A stretch of 64,000 nucleotides of DNA from the human T2T-CHM13v2.0 reference genome, Homo sapiens, in NCBI RefSeq assembly GCF_009914755.1, contig NC_060941.1; one strand, given 5' to 3'. The notes below the pieces were generated by a model. It ran no database searches. It saw only the letters and a program-made list of their open reading frames with translations, and was not told the DNA's origin. The position numbers and the translations under genes were made by a program. Positions 28,560 to 45,083 of the stretch are shown one piece after another (position 1 is the first letter of the stretch; every line of letters begins with the position of its first letter).

Positions 28560-28830
28560 GGCTGGGAATAATAATGTAAATGTCAAGTGGTCAGTGAAGC
28601 AATGCAGGGTGCTGGGGCCACAGCAACCTGGAAAGCCCATGGTCCATCTAATTGTGAATGCAGCTACTCAGTTCCAACCTGCAGCTGCCATGTGGAAATG
28701 CGGTCCAGTGTAACCAGACATTGTAACTTCTCAAGATAAGCCAATAATCTGTATTTTAATGGAAAATAGTTGGCAGTTCAAATAAAAACAAACGATTAAA
28801 AAACTGTACATAGATTAGATGAAGGCAGTA
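28560..28830 (+). mobile_element. MER102-like (hAT-Charlie)
   Basis: GCAGCTACTCAG...TGCCATGTGGAAATGCGG...TCAAGATAAGCC...ATTTTAATG. Confidence 0.6.
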
Positions 28831-29351
28831 TGGTTTTTGAATTTCATTCTCTACATAAAAACAAACAGAGCAACTAGAGACCAAAGCTCCTAAACCCATG
28901 GACATTTATTAAATGTCCATGCACATTGGGTAATGAGGTAAAGCACACTGGGTAATGAGGTATCCCCATGGACCCTAAATATAAGCAGGTGAGGACAAAC
29001 CACTAAAGACCACAAGCCCTGCCTGGTCTCAGCATCTATGTGAGAGGATGCAGAGGGGGGCAGCAAGGTATCTGACAGATCTGAGAAAAAGAGAATCCCC
29101 AAGTAGCCAGCATGTCCTCACTGGAAAGCACAGGGGGCAATTTGATAACATTAGGTAAAACTGGGAAGGGGTCTGCCCACTCCATTCGTGGGTCTGTGGC
29201 AACGTCTAAAAGGATGAAACAGTCCAGACCCTATAAATGTTTAAAATTGACCAACCAGGAGTACCCCATCCAGAGTCCACATACTGATGAGAAACTGCAA
29301 GGTGTGGAATCAAAGTTGAGTACAATAGGGATGATAGAATCAGAAGAAAGA

Positions 29352-29622
<271 letters not shown>

Positions 29623-30260
29623 TAAAAACTGGGTAGAGGAAGAGAGTCAGGAAATCTCAGAAGAAAAGATACCATATTTTAGAGTATTGCACAAAAGCAA
29701 CAAAAGAAGGAGCTCTGTGAAGTTAGAAAAGCTAACCTGAACCAGGTCTCCTTCACAAATCCCAGGAAAACTATGATTGCGTTAAAATAAACATCATAAA
29801 AATATTGAGGGCAAAACCCACACAAAATCATCATAAGAACGAAGAGAATAAGGTACAGACAACTTCTCTATAGACAGTGAAAGTATACCAGTAAGATATG
29901 CCCACGAAAGAGTATAACTATAATGCACTATATTCCAAAATAACTGAAAAGACATTAAGAAAATGATGCAAGGACAACACAAATGAGAATGTAAAAAATA
30001 CTCAAAGACTTATGGCAAATCACAGGCAAGAATGAGAAACAAAAGAAAGAAGTCACTTCAGAAATGAAGACCAAACTAGAAGGATCACAAGAGTAAATTA
30101 ATACAATTGACCCTTGAACAACATGAGGTTGAGCTGCGTGGGTCCAGTAATACGTAGATTTTCTTCTGCCTCTGCCACCCCTGAGACAGCAAGACCTCCT
30201 CTTCCTCCTCCTCCACAGTCTACTCAACGTGAAGACAACAAGACTGAAGACTTTTATAAT

Positions 30261-30538
30261 GGCCAGGTGTGGCGGCTCATGCCCATAATCCTAGCACTTT
30301 GGGAGGCCCAGGTGGGAGGATTGCTTGGGCTCAGGATTTCGAGACCAGCCTTGGGAACATAATGAGACCTCGTCTCTACAAAAAGTACAAAAATTGGCTG
30401 GGCATGGTGGCATATACATGTAGTCCCAGCTACTCGGGAGACTCAGTGGGAGGATCCCTTTGGGAGGATCGCTTGAGCCCAGGAGGTCGAAGCTGCTGTG
30501 AGCCATGATCCCTACACTGCCTTCCAGCCTGGGCAAAA
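30261..30538 (+). mobile_element. AluJ, 3'-truncated
   Basis: GGATTGCTTG/GAGCCCAGGAGGTCGA J-type motifs. TSD AAGACTTTTATAAT / AAGACTTCATGAT. Confidence 0.9.
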
Positions 30539-30750
30539 AAGACTTCATGATGATTCACCTCCACTTAATGAATAGGAAATATATTTCCTCTTCCTTAGGA
30601 CTTTTTTAACAACCTTTTCTCTAGCTTACTTTATTATAAGAGTACAGTATATAATGCATATAACATACAAACCGTATTCATCAACTGTTCATGTTGTCAG
30701 CAAGTCTTCTGGCTAACAGTAGACTATTCCTAGTTAAGTTTTGGGGAGTC

Positions 30751-31913
<1,163 letters not shown>

Positions 31914-32041
31914 ATGGCTTAGGGAGTCAAAAAGTATATGCAGATTTCCACTACATGAGGTGGGGGTGGGGCACAGAGAAACAATAGGTAAGAGAAACAG
32001 AAGGTAAAAAGGAGAAAATTTTTAAAAATCAAAAAGAAGTA

Positions 32042-32180
32042 AGCCGGACAGGGTGGTAAGCACTATAGTCCCTGAGGCAGAAGGCTTGTCAGTATCCAAG
32101 AGTTCAAGACCAGCCTGGGCAACATTACGAGACCTCCTCTCAAAAAATAAATAAATAAATAATAAATAAATAAAATAAAT
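32042..32180 (+). mobile_element. FLAM (free Alu monomer)
   Basis: Single monomer ending GAGTTCAAGACCAGCCTGGGCAACAT...TCTC plus (AAAT)n. Confidence 0.8.
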
Positions 32181-34058
32181 AGAACAAAAAGACAAATGGT
32201 ATTTGAGAGAAAATGAAAATACTGAACAGTGGCATAGAATATCTATTACATAATAATAGAAGTCCCTGAAAAAGAAAACCAAAGTAAGGAAATGGAGCAA
32301 ATACTAGACATTATAATTCAAGGCTTTCCTGAAATAATGATATAGATAATAACAAATCTAAATCTGCATATAGAAAGAACACAAACACAGTGTACCTGAA
32401 AAATTGTGCTTGAGTGACCAACACCAAAATATATTCTGGTAAAATTACTGCACTTTAAGAAGAAAAAATTATTTAGGCATCTAGCCAAAAAAGGAAATAG
32501 CTTATAAAGGAAAGGAAAATTAGGTTATTACCAGACTTTTTGACAACAATGCTTTATGCTAGCAGGAAACAAAGTAATATTTTTAAGATACTTAAAGAAA
32601 GAAAATACAATGCAAGGATTTTTTATCCAGAAAAACTGACTTTTATGTACAAAGGACATAGGTAACTCATCGATATACAAGAACTCAAGACAATGAGCAC
32701 TTCTTGAGGGATTTACTAGAGAATAAGCTTCAGATAAGCAAAATAACCAAAGAGCCATTGATAGTAAAGGTTTGGCAGTGAGCGTTAAATGCATAGCCTT
32801 ATGAAACTAAGACCAAATGAAGGTTAGAACGGAGAGTAAGGTATGCAATGGCTATCTGATTTGAAAATGTAGATATAATACAACTACAAAAGTTCAGAGG
32901 ACAATGTGGAGAATATATGCAGATTTTTTTCTAATTTTTTCCAGTAGTCATATTTGTGGTGGTAGTATTTATATTGTCTTTCTGAGACTGTTGAGTAGGT
33001 AATGTGAGATAAAACAAATGATTAATCATAGGATATTCTAATCTTATCTCCTAAGTACTCAAGAAACCAGGACACTCATTTTGAAGGGACAGAGATACAG
33101 ACATACTAGGAAAGAGATAGAGTAAAACCTGGTAGTTCTGAATTCAAATTAGAAGTATCAGTATGAATACAGTGTATAAATTTTCTAGCTCTGTTTGCTG
33201 AAAAGGCCTAGAAATAATGACTGAACTACTAGCAGTGAACATCCCTGGTACACAGATTTTGGTATTGAAGTACCATTTCCCACTAGAGGGAATCAGGACT
33301 TCTTGAGACATGGCAGATTTCAGGTCTGAGGCCAGAAATGCACAATAAGTCTGGGATATCTTGTCATAGTAAATAGCAAAGAAATCACCAAAAACCACCA
33401 TAATCTAAAGGATACAGGTACCAACTGAAAAAGCATCCACTAGCCAAAGATGAGTCCATTTGAGTATCAATAAGAATAACAATTAAAATGAATTAAAATG
33501 CATCACACATATTAATATTTAAATACATGCATTCATAATTACCCAGGCCCTCCTACCCCCACTGCCGCCATACAAATATATGTCAGCTTGGAGAATGAGG
33601 GAGCCAGTCATTATCTTGAAATCTGGTAAATAAAGGGGACGGATCAAGCATTTATTCTGCCTTTCCTGTATGAATGATAGGGGAAATGTCTCTTTATAGA
33701 AGCAGTTCTACTAATAAATTAAAAAACAAACCAGACTGAATTAGGATCCACCATTTATATCTCCTAACAAATTATTGAATCTAGGCACTGAGCATCCATG
33801 GCTGCTAACAGCATGAAAGGAAAATGAACATTAGTTGCCTCCTGATGTACCACTTGTGGTCTGGCCAAAGTGGTCAAACCTGAGTCTGATCAGACCTCTA
33901 GACCCAGCAGCCCATTTGCGGGAAATACAGATGACAAGGGAATGTGCTGAGCTGCACCACAAGTCAGCAATTAGCAAAACCCGGGAGAAATCAGGTCAGA
34001 TGACTCAGGTTCCTCAACAGATAAATTGTGAAGAAAAATAAAGAGAAAGGAATGATAG

Positions 34059-34831
34059 TGAGACTGCTTTTGCAAAGATGATGACAGTGAGAAAAACCTA
34101 GCATGGCTGACTCCATCTTGCTTCTAACCTCACAATCTGGCTGTCTTCACTCATGCCTGGGCATAGGCCAGGCTATTTAGTTTATAGTTTAACCTTGAAG
34201 CAAGGATGATAATAGCCCCTCTCTAAAACTGATCCCTTCCCTGTTTGGACACTGAAACTGCCTTTGTAAGACTAATGAAAGGCCACAGGCTTAGGATTCT
34301 GAATTAGGGGCCTGAATTCTGCTAAAATGTAGGTATAGTTTCTATAAACTCTTGCTGCTCAGGAGTTATGTGGCCAGAGGTCACAAGATTTGTGGCTTCC
34401 TCAATTGTTTCTATAGATAAGATCACCATTACAGAACTGAAGATTGGTCATTTGAGATGTTTTTCAGACTTTTGCATTCTGGCAACTGACTGAACCCACC
34501 CAGACTTGTGACTCATGGCTCAACTGGTCCTGTGGCCTCCACCCAGAGAACGACTCAGCATATGAGGACCGTTTTCCACACCCCAATGATTTCATCCCCA
34601 ACCAATCAGCAGCACCCATTTCCTAGCCCTCTGTCCACCAAATTATCCATAAAAACCCAGCCTTTGAGTCTCAGGGAGACTGACTTGAGTGACAGTGTCA
34701 GTCCTTTCACTCAGCTGCTCTGCATTAATTAAACCCTTTCTTTACCGCAATACCACAGTCTCAGTGACTTGGTTATTTTCTGTACGAGGGTGATAGGGAG
34801 GGGAGCACTAAGAACCTGCTGGGTGATCACA
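34059..34831 (+). mobile_element. LTR8A/LTR8B-like solo LTR (ERV1)
   Basis: TG...CA termini and exact 4-bp TSD ATAG. TTTGCAAAGAT.ATGACAGTGAGA...ATGGCTGACTCCATCTTGCTTCTA; ATTAAA poly(A) signal near 34728. Confidence 0.85.
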
Positions 34832-34845
34832 ATAGCAACCTATAA

Positions 34846-35331
<486 letters not shown>

Positions 35332-35513
35332 TAAATGGGCAAGACTAAACTATAGTCACTATGCACACTTGAGTGATAAAACTATAAAGAAAACACAAAG
35401 AACTGTTTACTATAAACATCATTATATAGTTAATGCTATTTCTTTTATATTAAAATGGAAAGATTTTTTTAAAACCCACATATATATCCAGGCTGAAGAA
35501 AACATATCTGTCA

Positions 35514-35936
<423 letters not shown>

Positions 35937-36876
35937 TTATCCAATGACTAGGTTGAAGTCATGAGAGTAAACTACAGGCTTTTATTAGGCAACCAAGAAA
36001 GAGCTAAGTAATAAAATATAACTTGTCCCTGAGTAGAGGTCTCCTTGTATTTGACATTTCTATTTTATTTCTAACCAGAAGCCCTCTGGGGTCATACAGA
36101 GTCTCAGAAAATGTCATGAGCAATGTATATTTATGATGGGGGCTCCATAGTTTTAGGCAAATTCTACTTTAACGATACCCAATATGCAAAATTTCAGGGT
36201 AATTGTGATATTTTCACCACAAAAAGACTCTTCCCTTTAAAGAAGGGTTCAGCTTCAAGCTTCCTTTAAATAGTAGCTTGGAGGATAAGGTAAGCATTTG
36301 TTTACAGAACAGTAATTGCTTCACAGGATGGAGGGAAGTGTGAGCTGTTCAATGATTGTGCAAGCCCATGGGACAACAAAGCTTCGTTACATAGACAGTC
36401 CAAGGTTGGGAGGGCCATGATGTGCATAATGAAGCAAAGAGTTGAAGAACATCAATCACTTCACACTCTCCAGGACCAACTTGCAAATTTTCTTCTTTAT
36501 AAGCTGGAATCTTCACATAGTAAGACAAAGCATGTGCTAAGAAAATCAGTTCAGAATTTCTGAATCATTTTGTTGAACACATTGAGCTACCCATTTGTCT
36601 CGGTGATTATTTGAATTAGTCATAAAAGCAGTTTTTGATACCTTGGGGTTTCTTAACATCTGAGTTTCCTTCCTATGTTTCCTCTGTGATATGAATTTTT
36701 GTGAGAAGAGACTATTCTTCACTATAAAAGCTGAACAGGACAATTACTCATTTTCCCAGGCTCCTTTGTCGTTAGAGAGCAGGCACATGAGGCACATGAC
36801 CTGGCCCAACCAATCAGAAGCACTCACTTCAGCCTCTGGGGTTCTGGGGTGGAGAAATAATGATGGCAGGGGAACC

Positions 36877-37171
36877 TTTTTTTTTTTTTTTTTTTGAGAC
36901 AGGGTCTTGCTCTGTTACACAGGCCAGTGGCACAATCATGGCTCCCTGCAGCCTCAACTTTCTGGTGCTCAAAAAATCCTCCCACATCAGCCTCCCAAGT
37001 AGCTGGGACTATAGGCATTTGCCACAATGCCCAGCTAATTTTTGTATTTTTAGTAGAGAAGAGGTCTCGCTATGTTGCCCAGGCTGGTCTCAAAATCCTG
37101 GGCTCAGGTAATCTTGCCTCCTTGGCCTCCCAAAGTGCTGGGATTCCAGGCATGAGCCATCACACCCGGCC
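36877..37171 (-). mobile_element. AluJ
   Basis: GAGACAGGGTCTTGC...GGTCTCGCTATGTTGCCCAGG, J-type. Confidence 0.93.
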
Positions 37172-38977
37172 AATGGTGGGGAATTCTTGCAGTGCTGTGG
37201 CACTGTGTCAGCCTTGTGTGTGACTTTCAATTTAGACACCTGGCTGATACCATGATCTAAGTCAATGTCATAATAAGCCACTCGGAGTGAAAGGGGACAA
37301 GGCCTCAAAGAAGATAGTCTTAAACTGTCTTAACTTAAACTGGTCTTAAAAAGAAAATAAGAGGAATATTTTCATTTTGGACGGGGGGAGGAGTGAAGGC
37401 TGGGAAGAAGAAAGAAAAGACTGTATGGAGTGAAACAGTGTAGGGGGAAGGGCCTGTGAGAATTCCCTGAGAGGACTTAAGAGCATGTTAAGAATAGGGA
37501 TATCATAGGGGTTCCATGCAAAGTTGTTTTAAGTGCTGTAGTGTAAATTACCCCCCTCTATTCCCTGCTTCTTCAGCTCCCCAAGATGTCTAAAGTGTAC
37601 TCCATACTCATTGGTGCTTTATTTGAGTGGGGTTTCAGGCATGTTGAAATCAAGGAGAGGCTGAGTTTCACAAATGTGTCATCTGAAGTCAGACAGAGGA
37701 GAGAGAAGAAAAACCAGAAGCCCAGAGCCAAAGGAGAACTGAAGACAATTGATGAACACTGGACATTTGTAAACATCTTCGGGAGGGGATTCTACAGAAT
37801 AATAAAGATGATTCAACATGTTACAAGACCTTGGCTGGCCTCTGCACCCACTCTGGAGCAATGGAGGAAGCATCGGCTCCAGTCTGCCAGGCAAGGACAA
37901 GGCAGAGGGTGATGAACTCCTGAGATGCGAGCGTGCATGCAAGTCAAAGGTGACCTGGTAAAGGCAATGTGGCTTTATAGAGCAGGACGACTGTATTCGG
38001 GGAGGCTTTAGGCTTCTTATTTTTAAACAGATATTTTGAGGTATAATTTACATGCCATAAACTTCACCCCTTGTAAATGCACAGTTCAATGATTTTTGCA
38101 TAGTGCAATCATCATAATCCAGCCTTAGAACATTTCCGTCCCCTCAAAATGCTCTCTTGTGCCCATTTGCGGTCAATCCACATTTCCACCCCCAGCCTTA
38201 GGCAAACACTGACCAGCTAGCTGTCTCTGTAAATTTACCTTTTCTAGAAATGCCATACACATGAAAGTCTTTTGGATCTGGCCTCTTTTCCTTAGCCTGA
38301 CGTTTTCGAGGTTGGATGTAGCATGTACCAGTGCTTCACTCTTTTTATTGCTGGATACTGTTCCATTACATGTATACACCATGTTTTGTTTATTAAACAG
38401 CTGACAATTGGATTATTTCCACATTTTGATTATTAAGCATAGTGCTGTTATAAACAATTGCATACAAGTCTTTGTAGACATATGTTTTCATTTCTCTTGG
38501 GTAGATACCTAGAAATTGCTGGGTCACATGGTAACTGTGTTTAAACTTCCGAGGAAGTGCCAAATTTTTATGTAAAGTGGCAGTGCCACTTCACATTTCC
38601 ACCAGCAAAGAAAGAGGGTTCCAATTTCTTCATATCCTCATCAACACGAAGTATATCGTTGGTCTTTCTGATTAGAACCATTTTAGTAGATGTGTAGTGA
38701 TATCTCACTGTAGTTTCAATCTGCACTTCCCTAATGACTAATGATGTGGAATATATTTTCATATACTTATTAACTATTCATGTATTTTCTCGGGTGAAAT
38801 GTGTACTCAAATCTTTTACTCATTTAAAAAAGTAGGTCGTTTGTTTTCTTGTAATCGAGTTATAAGAGTTCTTCACATATTCTGGATACAAGTGCTTTAT
38901 ATTACTTTCAAATATTTATATTATTTGCAATATTTTTATTACTTGCAAATATTTCTTCCCAGTCTGTGGCTTATGTT

Positions 38978-39296
<319 letters not shown>

Positions 39297-39548
39297 TCAT
39301 TTTCTTAATGATGCCTCTTGAAAAACATTTTTAAAAGGTTTATATGAAGTCCAATTTATCAGTTTTTTCTTTTATGGACTATCTTTTCAGTGTTATACCT
39401 AAGAAGTCTTTGCCTAATACAATGTCAAAAAGATTTTCTCCCATAAAAATATTTCATAGTTTTAGTTCTTACATTTAGGTCTATGTTCCAGTTTGAATTG
39501 ATTTTTGTGTATGCTAAAATGTGAGGGTGTAAGTTTATTGTTTTGTAT

Positions 39549-40013
39549 TGATGGGGCTTCAGGACATGCTGCCCCAAAATATGACACCATGAACATTTGA
39601 GAAAACAGCAGAAGGAGAAGGTCATTCTCACCTCCTTCCTTCTCCTTCTCCCATGAAGCAGGTCATAAGGACCTCATTTCAGTGGTGCCCTCTCTCTACC
39701 TGGAAGAAAGGATGTTTGTTATCTCTGAAGACACAGAGAAGAATCTGAATAAATAGACCTTGCAAAGTTCCCCCCAGTTTATTATTAATCATTAGATTAT
39801 ACCCCTTTTGTCCAATCATACTTCTGCACAACTGTCTACTTTTCATCAATCTTATGCATAGAAATTTGGGTCTTCATTTCTGAAGCCTCCTCCGTCAAAT
39901 AAAACTTACATTAAATAAATTTGTTATGCTTTTTAAAATCTGTCCTTATTTTGGGTGACTCAGGCGTAAACACAGCAATGAGTGAGAAAATATATTTCTT
40001 TTCAACACCTACA
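39549..40013 (+). mobile_element. MER31A-like solo LTR (ERV1)
   Basis: TGATGG..TTCAGGACATGCTGCCCCAAAATATG start, CA end, exact 4-bp TSD GTAT. Confidence 0.85.
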
Positions 40014-41427
40014 GTATATCGATATCCAGTGGTCCCAGCATTGCTTGTTGAACAACCCATACTTCCCCCCCAAATTGATTTAGCACAAATAGTATTTGTC
40101 AAATATTAATTAACCAAAATGAAAGGATTAATTTGGGGGCTCCTGGTTCTGTTCCATTGATCTATATGTCTATTCTTGTCATTACCGTACTTTCTTGATT
40201 TCTGTGGATTTATAGTATGTTTTGAAATTGCATAGTTTAAGTCCTCCAACTTTGTTCCTCTGTTACAGAATAGTTTTGGCTATCTTATATCCTTTAAATT
40301 TTCATATAAATTTTACAATCAGCTTGTTAATTTTCTAAAGAAGCCTGATGGGAAATTCTTTGGGATTGAGTTGAATTTATAGATCTATTTGGAGAGAATA
40401 TTCAGTCCTTTAATTCATGAGCATGAACTGTATCTTCATTTATTTTGATACTCTTTAATTTATCTCAGCAATGTTTTATAGTTTTCAGTGATTGGCTTTT
40501 GCATGTCTTTTGTTAAATTTATTCTTAAGTATTTTACTCTTTTTGATGACATCATAAATGGAATCATTTTCCTAATTTTATTTTTGGATTATTCATTGCT
40601 AGCATATAGACATACAATTTATTTTGAAAAGATGATCTTATATCATGCGCCTTTGCTAAATTTGTTCACTAGTTATAGTAGTTTCTGGGTTTTTTTTTCT
40701 TTCTTGGTAGATTCCACAGGCTTTCTAAAGGATCATGTTTTCTGAGAATAAAGACAGTTTTTTTTTCTCTGTGTTTCCTATCTGTGCACTGCTAATTTCT
40801 TTTTCTTGCCTTATTGCACTGGTTAGAACCTCCGGTATGATGTTAAGTAGGATTAATGGCAGTTGACATTCTTGCATTTTCTCTGATTGTGGGGGAAACA
40901 TTTAATCTTTCATCATTAACATCAGGCAAATGGCAGGGTTTTCATAGATGTCTTTATTCCAACCAAGAAAGTTCCCTACTATTCTTAGTTTACTGGAAAA
41001 AATTTTGTCATCAGCAGTGTTTGGTTTTATGAAATGTTTTTTTCTGCACTTATTGTGATTGTATGGTTTTTGATATTTCTTCTATTAATATGGTGTATTA
41101 CATGAATTAACCAATCTTGTATTGCTGGAGCATATGCCACTGTGTCACAGTATATAATCCTTCTTATATGTTGATGAATTCAGTTTGCTAATATTTAGAA
41201 AATTTTGCATCTAAGTTTGTACAGGATATTGGTCTGCAGGTTTCCTTGCTTGTGATGTCTTTGTCCTTGACATCAGGGTAATACTGGTCTTATAATAGGA
41301 GTTGGGAAGTATCCTCGCCTCCATTTCCGGAGCTTATGTAGGATTGGGTATTGTTTCTTCTTTAAAAATGTGATAGAAGTCACCAGTAAAATCATCTGGG
41401 CCTGAACTTTTTTTATGTATGGTGGAG

Positions 41428-41743
<316 letters not shown>

Positions 41744-42876
41744 GGAGGGTAAGATTTTTAATATGAATTCAATTTATTTACTTGTTAGAGAGAGGCCTAT
41801 TCAGATTTTCTATTTTTTTTTCTCGAATCAGTTTGGTAATCTGTGTTCATTTGCTTGGACTTAATCTGCAGAACCTTTGACTCTGTGCTGTGCAGCTGCT
41901 TATATCTCTGCTCAGTTTCTTAAAATATTATTTATATTTTAGCCTAGCTTTCTGGGAGCCACTCCCATTCCTACCCAGCACTTGCGCTCAAACAAGTGCT
42001 TTCTGCTCCCAATCAAGCCAGCCCCCTCTGGCAGTGAAGCTGTTGGTTTTCATGGGCAGCAAAAATGCCCTAGACTCCCTCTGTTCTTACCTGAAATTCA
42101 GAAGTTTATCATAAATAAACTATTCTCAATTTGTTGTTTGCCTTTGGCCAATTTCTGGAGCTCCAAAATGGTTGTTTTTGACAGTATTGTCCAGTTTTAT
42201 AGTTGTTTCAGAGAAAGGATTTATCAACTTCTTCACTCCCCTACAGCCGAAAGTTCTCTCGGTCTTTTAAAACTGCTGGGTGTGTGACCTGTCAGCTAAG
42301 CTTCTCCTTGTTTTCAAGTTGTCATTGTGCATTTGAAAGTCAAAGAGTAAAAGCTCTTTTGAAAAAGTCAGGACTAGAAATGATGCCAGGGAATGTGTGG
42401 TTGGTGCAATGGAGGGGCGTAGAGTGGGTAACCAAGAGGTCATAGAAATAGTGAGGAGTGAGTCAGGGGTGCAGAGCAGTGGAGGCAAGAATGAAATGCA
42501 TGGTCTACTAGAAAATACAAACACAAATGGAAAGGCTGCCTTACATCTCTTAACATCACCAATCTAACAGCCGCCATTTCCATGAATAGTTCATCCCAGG
42601 CTCCCTCCCCCGGTTGGGATTTCCAGTTGCCTGGGGAGTGGGCAAGTGTTAGGGTAGTGTAGGGATAGGACAGGTTAGGACAGGAATGGGACTGCACTGG
42701 CCGCAGGGAAGGGAATGCGGTAGGAGCCACGTGCACTGGGAACTGGATACAGCCTTCATGTCAGCCTCTGGAAGAGAGCTACTAAGCAGTGATCACAGCT
42801 CACCCCTAGCTGCCCTCTAGCTCAGCCCTAACTTGACCATAAATAACCATAAAGACTTGGTCCTAATACTTAAAAG

Positions 42877-43100
42877 TCGACGGTTGGCAGGTTATAGCCT
42901 GCAGGTCAAATCCAGCTCATCACTTGCTTTTGTAAATAAAGTTTTATTGATACTCAGCCACATTCATTTGTTTACATACTTCTATGGATGCTTTCCTGCT
43001 ACATGGACAGCACTGAGGAGTTGTGACAGACACTGTTTGACCTATAAGGTCTAAAGTATTTACTAACTGGCCCTTTGCAGAAAACGTTTTCCAACCCCTG
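42877..43100 (+). mobile_element. MER58A (hAT-Charlie)
   Basis: TTTTGTAAATAAAGTTTTATTG...TATTTACTAACTGGCCCTTTGCAGAAAA...CCAACCCCTG. Confidence 0.9.
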
Positions 43101-43182
43101 TTTTAAATGAAAACTACAGTAGCCAAACCTCCTAAAGCATGATAATGTGGATAGACCATAATACATGCAATCAGAAGACATG

Positions 43183-43491
<309 letters not shown>

Positions 43492-43596
43492 AATCAGAAG
43501 ATATGGGAACAAGACTGATCTGCTACATACCAGCAGTGGCACTCAGTACAAGCCATTGGTTCTCTGTGGGCACAAGGTCACTATAAAATAGGGATC

Positions 43597-43840
<244 letters not shown>

Positions 43841-44684
43841 AAAATGGGGATCAGATGATCTATTCTGTCATTTGGAGTTGTGGTTCAAACAAAACTACTG
43901 TATGTGAAATCATGTTGCAAACTATGCAGCAACAAACATATACTATTCCTGTTTGCAGAACACCCACTTTGACTTCCTAAACCACCTATTTAGACCCTCT
44001 CTGCTTGTGGACAACTGTCACCTTATGTACACCTTTTATGTGGCCAAGTCTGTGAAGTACCATTTCCATAGGGACTTTTTTCCTTGACTGGAAGATGGAG
44101 TAGGAGACCATGTCTACCACACCGCTGAAAGAGATGGATGGGACGAGGGAACTCTTAAGAAACTGAACTTACCCCAGCCCCGTGGAAGTAGGCATGTTGA
44201 CCAGTAGCAAATAAATGGTGTGAGAAAGCTATTTTTCTTCCCAAGAACATCCCTGGTGGAGAAAAGCATCATCTGAATTTTGATCTTATGAATTATTTCT
44301 TTTCTCTTTAAGAATCTGAACATAGTAATCCCTGTTACAATAGCAGGGATAATTTAGTGGTTGACATGAAACTAAAATTTGGGTAAGAGTTATAACTTAG
44401 AGTCTGGAATTTCCAGCCTCTGTGGCTCATTTCTATAGCAAAGATACAAGAATCCTCAGGCCATTAGCTAAATTTGAGAGAAGGTCACTGGCCGGCTGAA
44501 ATCAGAATGTTCAACGTGGATTATCAACTACCACGCTGAAAGCATCTGTAATCTTCCTGCAGGACTTCTCAGTGCGATAGGTTTCAATCTCCAGGTGCAG
44601 GGGAACAGAAGCATCATCTTCTCCCACGTGGAGAAGAAAAGTAGTGACGTTCTGTTTATAAAACACTCTCCTACCCATCCTGTT

Positions 44685-45083
44685 ATTGACTATAGAGGCT
44701 ATAGGTTCCTACAGGTAGGAACCATGTCTTTTCATCCCAGTACCTTGCACAGACCCAGAATGGACTAGGTGTGCAATAAATGAATGAATCCTCTGGAAGG
44801 GAAATCTTTGAACCTAGTCAAAAGAACACAAATCAGTAGACCTGTGTCAATTCTTGGCGCTGCCTCTTAGTCGTGGCATGGTCTTGAAGAATTCGCTTTA
44901 CCTCTTAGTACCTCAGTTTTCACTCCTGTAAGATGAAACAATAATTATCTGCCTAAGATATCATTTGGTAGATTAAATGAGATAATGGATAGAAAAGTGT
45001 TTTATAAACTGAACGTCACTATTTTTCACCCCCATCCTGCCTGGCCCTTCCTGCTGCAGACGCTTTGAGCCTGAGAATAACAG
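44685..45083 (+). repeat. Local duplication, copy 1 (L2 tail + MIR + unique flank)
   Basis: Colinear with 46788-47194; roughly 85-90% identical by manual comparison. Confidence 0.95.
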
